From a virus: a stretch of 64,000 nucleotides of DNA. The translations under genes and the position numbers were made by a program. Below are positions 55,119 to 64,000 of the stretch, piece after piece. The notes under the pieces are model-generated. The model was not told where the DNA came from. It saw only the letters and a program-made list of their open reading frames with translations, and made no database searches. The stretch's first letter is position 1, and each line of letters starts with the position of its first letter. The stretch is from IMG/VR virus record IMGVR_UViG_3300022689_000474, positions 1 through 64,000 of that record. One strand, 5' to 3'.

Positions 55119-57368
55119 ATGAAATTCTTTACTAAAGCAGAACCTATACCTGCAGCTGCTGTTACTTATGCTGGAGCTTTAAGCGATAAACAACCTATTA
55201 TATTTACTAGTCAATCAAGACAGAAAGATCTTGATGGTAGAAGATTAGATTGGGTTATTACTTCTGTTAAAGTTACTATGGCTAGAGATTGGTCTATTAG
55301 TCGAGCGGACTTGATTCTTACTTCAGAAATACCTGATCAAGAATGTTTGACTCCTACTCTTCCTGATATTCATCAATTTAGAGGTGGTAATTTTCCATTT
55401 CTTACAGTAGAAGATGAAATACGGATCTTTCTTGGTTATATCCGATTTGGACAATTAATTACTGCTGATTTGTTAGATGATCATGCTTTTGATTTATGTC
55501 CTTCATGTACAGATATAGAACGTACTCAAGAAGAGAATCCTAATTCCTTTGTATGTGGTCCTATATCTCCTAATGGAGAAAACTTTAAACAGAATCCGGA
55601 TAAACCTCTTTGTCCTGTATTCTGGGGTTTTATAGACGTTATTAATATTGATGTTGATCCTAATAGTGGAGTTAGATGTACTATATCTTGTAGGGATAGA
55701 TCAAGGGTATTTGCTGATACTACACTTATAGCTATTCCTTCTTTACAAGGTAGACTAATTGATACGACTCAAGAAAATGGTTTCTTTAATAATAATAGTA
55801 AAGATGGATTAGCAGCTGGTAAAAGAGAAGATATTTTAATTCAAGTTGCAAAAGGTGCTACAGGAGATTTATTTGGAGATTTGACTATAGGATCTTCTGG
55901 AGTTAAGACTTGTTGGAAACCTGTTATAGGAGGATCTGATGATATGGCAGATAATATGTATAGCCCCCCTTGGATAAATACTTCTACTACTACTACTTCA
56001 CAGAATAATTCTACTAATTCGTCTAAAGAAGAAGAAGAAGAAACTCAACAAGATAATGAAGAAGAAACTATTAATACTGAGAGCACAAATAATGATACTC
56101 CTTCTAACTCTCAGAGTGAAGATAATAAAGAAGAAACTAAAGCAAGACTTCTTACTCCCAGTAAATTAGGTGCTTTATTATTTAATAAGTATCATTTACC
56201 TCAAGGAGCAGGAGATTATCAATTAGTTCTACCTCCTGAAGATCCTGCTTTATGGATGAGAGAAGCCCAAGGGAAAAAACATTTACCTTATACAGAACCC
56301 CGTTTTCACATTTGGGTTCAGAGACCTCCTTTATCTAAAGGTAATTCTTCTGCAGTATTTAAAGTTATAAATAAGAGTCCTTTAGAGATTATAAAGTTTT
56401 TAGCAGATACTGAAGAAAGACCAACTGATTTCTTTGCCTCTCATATAAATGGAGATTTTGTATTTGGTCCTAGAGTCTTAGATGCAAGTGGTTTTCAAGA
56501 TCCTTATAGACAATATAGAACTTATTTTAATAGATTATATCCTAAAGAGTTTCAAGATAAAAAGATTCCTGTATCAGATGCTCAGAGGATTATTAGTATG
56601 AGAGCTGTTACTTCTTCTTTAGCTACTATGAATAGATTTGTAGTAGTAGATTCGGAGACTGAAGGTAGTTTTAGTTCTTTCTTAGATAAATTGAGAGTTG
56701 CAGTAGATGTTCTCCCTTGGCTCTTAGATGGAGATTCTGAAAGTCAATTATTTAAAGAAACTGGAGGGAGAAATGTATATCCTCCTTGTAGAAATCAAAT
56801 CTTATATGATGGTAATATTTCTTCTTATGGTGATAAGAAATATAATAGAGCTGGAGGTGCTCTTATAGTTGCATTGAATCAAGCTAGGAACTGGTCTAGA
56901 GAAATAATGAGTATCAGTCTTACTCTTATGGGAGATCCTACTTTATATCCAGGTGAAGCTATTAGAGTATATAATTCTATACTTCATGATTTTGGTACTA
57001 AAGTTAATCCGGGTACTGAAAAATCTTCTGCTATTCTTAAAGAAACTATGGAAGATATAGAAGCACTTAGTACAGAAAGTAAAAAAGATGTCATTCAGAA
57101 AATAGTTTCTGAGAGTAAAAGTAAAATAGCAGCTACTAGTCCTGAGAAGGGTTATAAATTGAAAGAAAGTGAAGGGGCTTCTAGTGTTCACTTTGGTAAT
57201 GAAGGTATAAGAGAACTTACTCAGAATTTATATTCACATCATGTATTGACCTCTATGAATAATTTAGTACTACCTGTTTATAAAGTTAGATCTATACAAC
57301 ATACTTTTAGAGTTGGAGGTAAGAATCCCGGTTTTACTACTAAATTAGAATGTATATCAGATTATTAA
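55119..57368 (+). CDS. baseplate hub protein (gp27/Mu gpP-like)
   Basis: IRIFLGY, VFWGFID, ISCRD, LMGDPTLYPGE, YKVRSIQHTF..GFTT.L. Confidence 0.8.
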   Translation: MKFFTKAEPIPAAAVTYAGALSDKQPIIFTSQSRQKDLDGRRLDWVITSVKVTMARDWSISRADLILTSEIPDQECLTPTLPDIHQFRGGNFPFLTVEDEIRIFLGYIRFGQLITADLLDDHAFDLCPSCTDIERTQEENPNSFVCGPISPNGENFKQNPDKPLCPVFWGFIDVINIDVDPNSGVRCTISCRDRSRVFADTTLIAIPSLQGRLIDTTQENGFFNNNSKDGLAAGKREDILIQVAKGATGDLFGDLTIGSSGVKTCWKPVIGGSDDMADNMYSPPWINTSTTTTSQNNSTNSSKEEEEETQQDNEEETINTESTNNDTPSNSQSEDNKEETKARLLTPSKLGALLFNKYHLPQGAGDYQLVLPPEDPALWMREAQGKKHLPYTEPRFHIWVQRPPLSKGNSSAVFKVINKSPLEIIKFLADTEERPTDFFASHINGDFVFGPRVLDASGFQDPYRQYRTYFNRLYPKEFQDKKIPVSDAQRIISMRAVTSSLATMNRFVVVDSETEGSFSSFLDKLRVAVDVLPWLLDGDSESQLFKETGGRNVYPPCRNQILYDGNISSYGDKKYNRAGGALIVALNQARNWSREIMSISLTLMGDPTLYPGEAIRVYNSILHDFGTKVNPGTEKSSAILKETMEDIEALSTESKKDVIQKIVSESKSKIAATSPEKGYKLKESEGASSVHFGNEGIRELTQNLYSHHVLTSMNNLVLPVYKVRSIQHTFRVGGKNPGFTTKLECISDY

Positions 57369-57377
57369 TGACTAAAT

Positions 57378-60233
57378 ATGGCAGACTTTTATAGTTCATT
57401 TGGTTCCCCTTATTTAGACTCTTCTAGAATGGTAAATGCTTCTAGAAGAGCTGTATCTAGTCATGTTTCTACTCAGATTGGTACTATTGTTAATGTTACT
57501 TTCTGTGAATTTCATGGCCATCTTACTCAAACATATATGGTCAAACTATTAGATTCTGGTTCGGATCAAATAGTTCCTTGTAGAAAAATATCTCCTCAAT
57601 CCTCTTTAGATGGTGTAGGTGATTTTTATCCTCTTGAAGAAGGAGATCCAGTCTTAGTTCTATTTAAAGAGGGGAGGGCTGATGTGGGATATATACTTGG
57701 TAGTTTTACCTCTGAAGGAGAATATCTTAAATTCTTAGTTCAAGGGGAAGGAGAAGAACCAGGTCATTTATATGATTCTGGTTTGGGAACTGTAGTAGCT
57801 AATCCTCCTTCTATACATCCTGATAGAATAGCTACTCCTGATGCTTTTATGAATATAATGCCCTCGAGAGCATTATTGGGAGATTATCAGGATCCTTCTT
57901 TAGGTAGTCGGAATAAAATGGAAGAACAGTCAAGTAGAAGATCTCAACCAGCATCTATTGAGATAAAAGATAAGTTGGGTAATTTTGCTCAATATGCTAA
58001 AGGAGATATTATTTTATATACGGATAGTGACCTTATATTCTTGAGTACTAAAGAAGTTGGGGATGAATGTGTTAAGTTGGCTAGAATGGTTAAGTACTAT
58101 AAAAAACTATTAGCTGATTTAAAGAGAAAGTTTAATTCTATTATTAGTTCCAGGTCTGGGAATCAACCAGTTAGTCGAGGAGAAGAAACTCAAACTGAAC
58201 AGAGTGATACAAATGAACAGACTACAACTACCTTAGAAGATACTCCTTCTGGTACTTTGAGAGATGTAGAAGATGGTTCTGTAGTAGAGACTCCTCAGTC
58301 CGATATACCAGAAGGTACAGATGCACAACAGACAGGACAAACAGAATTACCAATAGGTAATTCAGAATGGGATATATTTACTACTAATAGTGGGGAAACA
58401 GAATTTTCTACTTCTACTGGACAAAGTAATACTTTAAATACATTTGATGTTTCTAATGTAGAAAATTATGATTTTAGTAATATAGAGGTAGAGTCTACTC
58501 CTTCTAATTATACTTTTGGTAACTCTCAAACTAATCAGAATACTGAACAAACATCTGAAACTAATGATCAACAGACTACAGAGACAGAAGGTCCTTCTAG
58601 TAATACTCCAGGAGAATCTACATCTGGTGTGGGAGCTACTATAGGTAAACAAATAGATAGATTGAAAGCTTTTATAGGTTACTATCCTAATCCAAATTTT
58701 CATCAATATGCAACTAATAACTATCATATGCAGCAGATAGAAAAGTTAATAGATGCGACTATAAAGGAAGTAGCGGAATGTAAAAAGAATCTAGCTGCAT
58801 ATAGAGAATCAATGAATAGATTACAAAGTGGTACAAATATGGGTGATAAAACTAATGGGGAAACTTCCCCAAATCAAGAATCTTTCAGCGGTAAAGAATC
58901 AGAATATAAACCGAGAGATAATGAATGTGGTAAGACTTTAGTAGAAACTATTAAGAATCTCCAATCAATAGTAGGTAAAAGTTATGGTTCAGGTACTTGT
59001 TATGAAGGTGTAGCTGATGCTATTGATTATGCTGGTTTGGGTAAATTGGGAGGAGATTGTCAAATAAATGGTCCTAACAGTGTAGCTAATAATTTAGTAG
59101 GTTATACTTCATGGGCTATCCATTTTGCTAATTTCTTTAATGAAAATCCTAGTAACTTGGCCAAATTAGAAATAAGGAATTTAAGAGAGGATGGAATAGT
59201 AGATCCTAATGATTCAGCAGTCCCACCAGGAGCGGTAATAGTAGTTAAAAGTAACAAATATGTTACTCATCCTGCAGGGGATATAAATGTTAAGACAGAT
59301 GATGGTCAGTATTTAAATCCAAGATCTATGACTAATTGGATGACTGATAGTAGTTATTGGAATGCTAATCCTGATCTTGTAGCTGGTATATTTGTAGATG
59401 CTAGTGGTTTTAGTTTTATATCTTCTGCTAATTCTGATGGAGAGAATCAAGCTGCTAGTGAAGAAGAGATTCAAAATAGAATAGAAGAAGATCAAAATAG
59501 ATCTTTTGCATCTAAATATGGTAACGGTATTTACGAAGTTGAATATAATTATGATAGTACTAATTGGACCGATGCTGATGTTAAAGCTAAACCTATTGAT
59601 AGTGGAGGTAAACCTATAGTTGTATTACCTATCCAATACTCTGAAGGTGGTATTCAACCAGGTGCGTTAGGTAGAGGTAGAGAGTGGACTTTAGAAGCTA
59701 CTGCTGCTATGAAAAGGAAATTAGAAGCTAAAGGTTTTTATGTATTAACACCTGATGTACATGACTATTATCAACAGACGGGAGATTGGAATGAAGCTCA
59801 CCAAGCATTAGAATTCTATACAGCTGCCGTATCTAAAGGAAATAGTAATGTACAGACTATAGTAATGACTGCTGATGCCGCTCAAGGAGGTGCTCAGTTA
59901 TTAGTACCTGCTACTAGAACTAGAGATAGTTCATGGGAAAGTTCTATTGAAAATAATCTTAAAGACCTTTATTCCCAGAATGGTCTTAAGATGCATGATC
60001 CGAATCAATATTTACAACAAAGAGGACAAGCTGGTTATGGTGAAGGGACAGCTAAAGGGTATCATCCTTTAATAGAAAGGGTAGCTCAATATAATCCAAG
60101 GGTCGGTATTTTAGAAGTTGGTACTTTAGAACAGTTACTTGATAAAGGTGAAAGTATTTCAGGGGCCAGTCAGTATGCTGACCCTATATTTGACCAACTA
60201 GCTAATACAATGGCTCAACAAGCAGGTTTATAA
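57378..60233 (+). CDS. baseplate central spike (gp5/gpV-like OB fold) with cell-wall-hydrolase-like domains
   Basis: G.I..V, PLEEGDPVLVLF.EG...GYILG OB-fold motif; C-terminal CHAP-like and amidase_3-like segments. Confidence 0.7.
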   Translation: MADFYSSFGSPYLDSSRMVNASRRAVSSHVSTQIGTIVNVTFCEFHGHLTQTYMVKLLDSGSDQIVPCRKISPQSSLDGVGDFYPLEEGDPVLVLFKEGRADVGYILGSFTSEGEYLKFLVQGEGEEPGHLYDSGLGTVVANPPSIHPDRIATPDAFMNIMPSRALLGDYQDPSLGSRNKMEEQSSRRSQPASIEIKDKLGNFAQYAKGDIILYTDSDLIFLSTKEVGDECVKLARMVKYYKKLLADLKRKFNSIISSRSGNQPVSRGEETQTEQSDTNEQTTTTLEDTPSGTLRDVEDGSVVETPQSDIPEGTDAQQTGQTELPIGNSEWDIFTTNSGETEFSTSTGQSNTLNTFDVSNVENYDFSNIEVESTPSNYTFGNSQTNQNTEQTSETNDQQTTETEGPSSNTPGESTSGVGATIGKQIDRLKAFIGYYPNPNFHQYATNNYHMQQIEKLIDATIKEVAECKKNLAAYRESMNRLQSGTNMGDKTNGETSPNQESFSGKESEYKPRDNECGKTLVETIKNLQSIVGKSYGSGTCYEGVADAIDYAGLGKLGGDCQINGPNSVANNLVGYTSWAIHFANFFNENPSNLAKLEIRNLREDGIVDPNDSAVPPGAVIVVKSNKYVTHPAGDINVKTDDGQYLNPRSMTNWMTDSSYWNANPDLVAGIFVDASGFSFISSANSDGENQAASEEEIQNRIEEDQNRSFASKYGNGIYEVEYNYDSTNWTDADVKAKPIDSGGKPIVVLPIQYSEGGIQPGALGRGREWTLEATAAMKRKLEAKGFYVLTPDVHDYYQQTGDWNEAHQALEFYTAAVSKGNSNVQTIVMTADAAQGGAQLLVPATRTRDSSWESSIENNLKDLYSQNGLKMHDPNQYLQQRGQAGYGEGTAKGYHPLIERVAQYNPRVGILEVGTLEQLLDKGESISGASQYADPIFDQLANTMAQQAGL

Positions 60234-60237
60234 AAGT

Positions 60238-60714
60238 ATGAATAAATCTATAAAACCATTAGTAGTACTTCATGAATCTATCATTCCTCTAGAAAAACTT
60301 TATTCTTTCTTGAGAGATAGATCTATTGAAAATTCATATCATACTTTGATAAAAAGAAATGGTTCTATAGTTTATGTCACTTCACCTGATAAAAGAGTTT
60401 TGGCTGCTGGACAACCCTCTTCTTTTAGAGGAGAATCTATATCTGATTCTGTAGACCCTTTCGCTTATCATATTTGTCTTATTAGTCCTACTCAAAGAAA
60501 TATAGATGGGTCTCATAAAGGATATACCGAAGAACAATATAAAAGTCTGGGATGGTTACTTAAACAATTAATGATTCCTTGGGAAAGGATTACTACTCAT
60601 AAAGAAGTAGATCTTACTCGGAGAGCTAGAGATCCAGAAGGTTTTAATTATTTTATTCTTAAGAAGAATTATATAAGGGCTAGATTAATAAAACCTATAT
60701 TCTTTAAGGTGTGA
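60238..60714 (+). CDS. N-acetylmuramoyl-L-alanine amidase (amidase_2)
   Basis: VVLHES, SYH.LI.RNG, YTEEQY.SL, ITTHKEVD...RDP. Confidence 0.85.
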   Translation: MNKSIKPLVVLHESIIPLEKLYSFLRDRSIENSYHTLIKRNGSIVYVTSPDKRVLAAGQPSSFRGESISDSVDPFAYHICLISPTQRNIDGSHKGYTEEQYKSLGWLLKQLMIPWERITTHKEVDLTRRARDPEGFNYFILKKNYIRARLIKPIFFKV

Positions 60715-60715
60715 T

Positions 60716-62794
60716 ATGAGTCAAATAGATAAAAGTAGTGAAGATTATAAAGCATTTCTTAGGGCTTTAGAGTTTACTGCAAAATGGGAAGGAGGCTTTT
60801 CTGATCATCCTGATGATGTGGGAGGACGTACTTATAAAGGTGTTACTCAAGGTTCTTGGGATAGTTTTGCTTCATCTAATAGTCAGTATTCCGCGAAAGA
60901 TGTTGCTAGTCTTACTGATGAAGAAGTGGCTGATTTCTATTATTTAACTAGATGGAAAGCAGTTGGTTTAGATGAATCAATTCCTTATCCTCTTAGTGTA
61001 GCTATCTTTGATACCGCTGTTAATTTTAATGAAAATACTGCTTGGGCCTTTATTAATGAAGCTATCAATCCTGATTCACCTAAACATAGTCTAACTAGAG
61101 ATGAACAAGAAAAAATTAAACAACAAGTTCTAGAAATGTTAAAGAATGGGGAAATTACTCCTGAAGAATTAACTAAAAAACAACTTGATAGAAGGTTAAC
61201 TCAACATCACCAAACTGCTAGTAAACATGGTGACCAGCAGTCTTTTATACAGGGATGGGAAAATAGAGTAAATGATTTAGCTAATTTAGCTGGATATAAT
61301 GGAGCTGATGTTGGAGAGCCTATGGAGTATGATACCGATACACCTACTTCAGGTTCGACCCCCCCTACTTCAGGTTCGACCCCCTCAGCCTCTTCTCCTG
61401 ATAACACCTCTGAGACGGGACCTGCTATTTCAGCAACTGGTTCATCAGGAACCTCTGGTAGTATGGTTTCAGACGGTATATATATGATTAAAGCTACCTT
61501 TGAAAGGTTTCCTCTTATAGAAAGTATGAGACATAGAAAGATATTTGGAGGTTATAAACTTAAAGCTTCTCAAATGATAGGTGTAGGAGCTACAGATAAA
61601 GTAGGTGGACCTGGTGTCGGTAATACTAAATCTACTCAAGAAGATTCTAATAATTCCTCAGATGATAGTAATGTTGAATTTGATTATGGAGGTGTATGGG
61701 GAGATCCTTTACCTGCTAGTGATTCTATCCTTACATCAGGATATCAACAAGATAGAGGTGGTAGGCCCCATCCAGGTGTTGATATAGCTTCTTGGACTGA
61801 TGCTGATGTAGTGGCTTCTGCTGATGGTGTAGTGTCAGACATTTCTTTAGGACATAGCGGGGGTTTTGGTAATCTAGTAGTACTCACTCATAGTGTTGGA
61901 GATCAAACTATATATACTCAATATAATCATATGGCGGATGGTTCTATCGTTGTTAGTAAAGGAGATAAAGTTACTAAAGGACAAAAGTTAGGTAAACAAG
62001 GTGCTACGGGTGTAAGTAGAGGAGCTCATCTTCACTTTGAATTAAGGAATACCTTTAGTGATTCTAGGGCTAATTTCTTATCTACTCATTATGATCCCTC
62101 TTGTGTTATAGAAAGATGGAAGAGTCATTGTTCTTATAATCAACCCAATGGTTCTACAATGATGCCTCCTAATCCTCCTGCTAAAGAACCTTCTAATAGT
62201 GGTGAAGCAGCTTCTAATGGAGGGTCAGGTGATTCGGGGAGTACAAATGGTGAAAGTGGAAGTGAGGCCGGAGTCTCTCCTGATACTTCTGAAGAGGAGG
62301 GTACTTCAAGACAAACTTTATATGGACATAAGAAATATGATGAAGCTCCTGCTTCTGATTTAGTAGATGTGGCAGGTATGCAATTAAGAACTCAAGCTGC
62401 AGATTCTTTTAGAGAGATGGTAGATGCAGCATCTGCTGAAGGTATTAATCTTGTAGGAGTTTCTGGTTTTAGATCTATAGCAGATCAAGATTATTTATTC
62501 CATGAAATAGCTAAACAAAGGGGTCAAACTCTTGAAGAGAGAGCTAAAGTAAGTGCACCTCCAGGATATAGTGAACATCATACTGGTCTTACAGTAGATT
62601 TTGGAGATGGTAATAATCCTGATACACATGTTGAACCCTCATTTGAGAATACTGCTGCTTATAGATGGTTAGCTGAGAATGGGCCTAGATATGGTTGGGA
62701 AATGAGTTTTCAGAAAGGAGATCCTAATGTAAGTTATGAACCATGGCATTGGAGATATATAGGGTCAGCCGAAGCTCAAAGTATTTTTAGATAG
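60716..62794 (+). CDS. three-enzyme lysin: GH108 muramidase + M23 peptidase + M15B (VanY-like) peptidase
   Basis: EGGFSDHPDDVGG.T..G; F..GW.NRV; HPGVD...HLHFE; SGFRS, SEHHTG..D, EPWHW. Confidence 0.9.
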   Translation: MSQIDKSSEDYKAFLRALEFTAKWEGGFSDHPDDVGGRTYKGVTQGSWDSFASSNSQYSAKDVASLTDEEVADFYYLTRWKAVGLDESIPYPLSVAIFDTAVNFNENTAWAFINEAINPDSPKHSLTRDEQEKIKQQVLEMLKNGEITPEELTKKQLDRRLTQHHQTASKHGDQQSFIQGWENRVNDLANLAGYNGADVGEPMEYDTDTPTSGSTPPTSGSTPSASSPDNTSETGPAISATGSSGTSGSMVSDGIYMIKATFERFPLIESMRHRKIFGGYKLKASQMIGVGATDKVGGPGVGNTKSTQEDSNNSSDDSNVEFDYGGVWGDPLPASDSILTSGYQQDRGGRPHPGVDIASWTDADVVASADGVVSDISLGHSGGFGNLVVLTHSVGDQTIYTQYNHMADGSIVVSKGDKVTKGQKLGKQGATGVSRGAHLHFELRNTFSDSRANFLSTHYDPSCVIERWKSHCSYNQPNGSTMMPPNPPAKEPSNSGEAASNGGSGDSGSTNGESGSEAGVSPDTSEEEGTSRQTLYGHKKYDEAPASDLVDVAGMQLRTQAADSFREMVDAASAEGINLVGVSGFRSIADQDYLFHEIAKQRGQTLEERAKVSAPPGYSEHHTGLTVDFGDGNNPDTHVEPSFENTAAYRWLAENGPRYGWEMSFQKGDPNVSYEPWHWRYIGSAEAQSIFR
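61343..61384 (+). repeat. perfect 21-bp tandem duplication in the lysin linker
   Basis: CCTACTTCAGGTTCGACCCCC x2, encoding PTSGSTP x2. Confidence 0.9.
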
Positions 62795-62827
62795 ATAAAT
62801 TTAAGTTGTATAGGTAAAGGTATATAT

Positions 62828-63550
62828 ATGAAACCATCGTATTTAGTATTAGATAATAGAATGGATAGATCTCCCTGGCTTAATTTAGGAGAAATATTAT
62901 CAAGTTATACTAACTCTCCACATTTATTTCAATTGTTTAAGTTTTTATATACTTATTCTATGAGAGTTGAAGATAAAGAGAAAAAAGAGGGGAGAGTATT
63001 TGTAGACTATAGATCATTAGCTTCTTGTTTAGTGTTGTATCCAATTTCATATAGAGTTTTATTGGCCACTTTACTTTATAGGGCTGAATATAAACAATAC
63101 CAGATTTATATGACTTATACTCATTTGAAAGATAGATTATCTTATGTACCATGGTATCCACTATATTTGGTAGATCTAACTTGTAAAATAAGAGGAGAAG
63201 CATTAAATCATAGGTTTATAAATATGTTAAGTATGGAAGATGATAATTCTTTAGATATATCCTTTTTACTTCATACATTAAGGATTAAAGATGATATTAA
63301 AAAATATTTAATACCAGAGGTTTTAGACGTTAATTCTTTCTCTTTTCATATGAAACAATTAAGTACTGTATTACCCTTATTTTCAGTTATAGATGAAGAT
63401 GATTTCTTTAAATTATTAAATAAAAATGATAGATCTTTAGCTACTAAGATGTTGATTGAAAGTCTTAATCTTTCCCCTTCTTTGTATACTAAATTAATTA
63501 CCTTTAATAGAAAGGTCTTGAAAAGAGTTTATGTTAATAATATCTATTAG
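62828..63550 (+). CDS. hypothetical protein
   Basis: 240-aa ORF. Confidence 0.65.
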   Translation: MKPSYLVLDNRMDRSPWLNLGEILSSYTNSPHLFQLFKFLYTYSMRVEDKEKKEGRVFVDYRSLASCLVLYPISYRVLLATLLYRAEYKQYQIYMTYTHLKDRLSYVPWYPLYLVDLTCKIRGEALNHRFINMLSMEDDNSLDISFLLHTLRIKDDIKKYLIPEVLDVNSFSFHMKQLSTVLPLFSVIDEDDFFKLLNKNDRSLATKMLIESLNLSPSLYTKLITFNRKVLKRVYVNNIY

Positions 63551-63559
63551 GTTACAATA

Positions 63560-64000
63560 ATGAGTTTCGATGAATATAAAGTAGTTAATACAGAATATGT
63601 TCCCAGACCTGATCTTAATAATATTACGCTTTCTCCTTCTTTAAAACAAGCACATATACAATCTCTATTATTTAACTCATATAATACTTTAGTTAGAACT
63701 GAGTCCTTAATAAAGAATATAAAAAAGGGTCTTAAATCTACTCCTATTTCTCTTAAATACTTTTCAGGTTTGATAGAATCTATATTAATAAAATTATTGA
63801 CTTCTAGTACTATTACTAATAAAGATGCAACATTCTTATCTCCTCACTATTATAAGTATCAAGAAAGAGTTGCTAGAAAAGATGTCCCATATGACGTCTC
63901 TAAAGTTATTACTTATGGTTATTCTTATATATGGGGTGGTATGTATGGAACTCCATTATATTATAACTATTTATCTAAAAATTTAGACCATTATCAGAAT
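63560..64000 (+). CDS. hypothetical protein, truncated by the window end
   Basis: ATG at 63560 (MSFDEYKVVNTEYVPRP...), open through 64000. Confidence 0.7.
   Translation, partial: MSFDEYKVVNTEYVPRPDLNNITLSPSLKQAHIQSLLFNSYNTLVRTESLIKNIKKGLKSTPISLKYFSGLIESILIKLLTSSTITNKDATFLSPHYYKYQERVARKDVPYDVSKVITYGYSYIWGGMYGTPLYYNYLSKNLDHYQN

Noticed and set aside
13938-63203. Short overlapping or antisense ORFs in the track (e.g. 13938, 14894, 26955, 33221, 33576, 35662, 35709, 37582, 41280, 43215, 47011, 51013-53169, 54691, 56943, 58434, 59313, 61207-61787, 62958)
   Set aside because: They lie within longer motif-bearing genes and show no motifs of their own; treated as shadow ORFs
39058-64000. Tailocin, eCIS or T6SS locus
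   Set aside because: Portal, protease/scaffold and capsid genes plus replication genes indicate a true phage
1-64000. Stop-codon reassignment, as in some AT-rich large phages
   Set aside because: Code 11 gives dense, intact ORFs, and TAG and TGA both end genes at sensible positions
1-64000. CRISPR array, tRNA/rRNA, integrase or transposase, intein
   Set aside because: None seen by eye and intergenic gaps are short; tRNAscan and Infernal were not run

Overview
This AT-rich 64 kb window comes from a large contractile-tailed (myovirus-type) phage genome read in standard code 11. The host is probably a cyanobacterium, inferred from the style of the CHASE2/FecR genes, amidase, VanY-like peptidase, 2OG oxygenase and a sheath insertion. 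1-16 kb (- strand) holds DNA/nucleotide metabolism genes (NAD+ ligase, Dda/RecD-like helicase, NrdD/NrdG, 2OG-Fe(II) oxygenase, NDT-like and NADAR-like proteins) and a Ubl-JAB-E1(ThiF) cluster. 16.0-30.5 kb is one 4838-aa ORF with two N-terminal PLD/HKD motifs and an ordered set of two-barrel RNA polymerase motifs including GDFDGD, so it is a candidate virion-packaged single-chain RNAP. 30.5-39 kb is an accessory block: PAAR-like tip, PAS protein, RHH protein, DnaJ and a FecR / secreted protein / CHASE2-GGDEF signalling operon. 39-64 kb (+ strand) is the morphogenesis module: a chaperone pair joined by a predicted -1 frameshift, Mu-like portal, protease/scaffold, capsid, neck, sheath, tube, hub, spike and several peptidoglycan hydrolases. 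All calls come from reading motifs by eye; no database searches were run.
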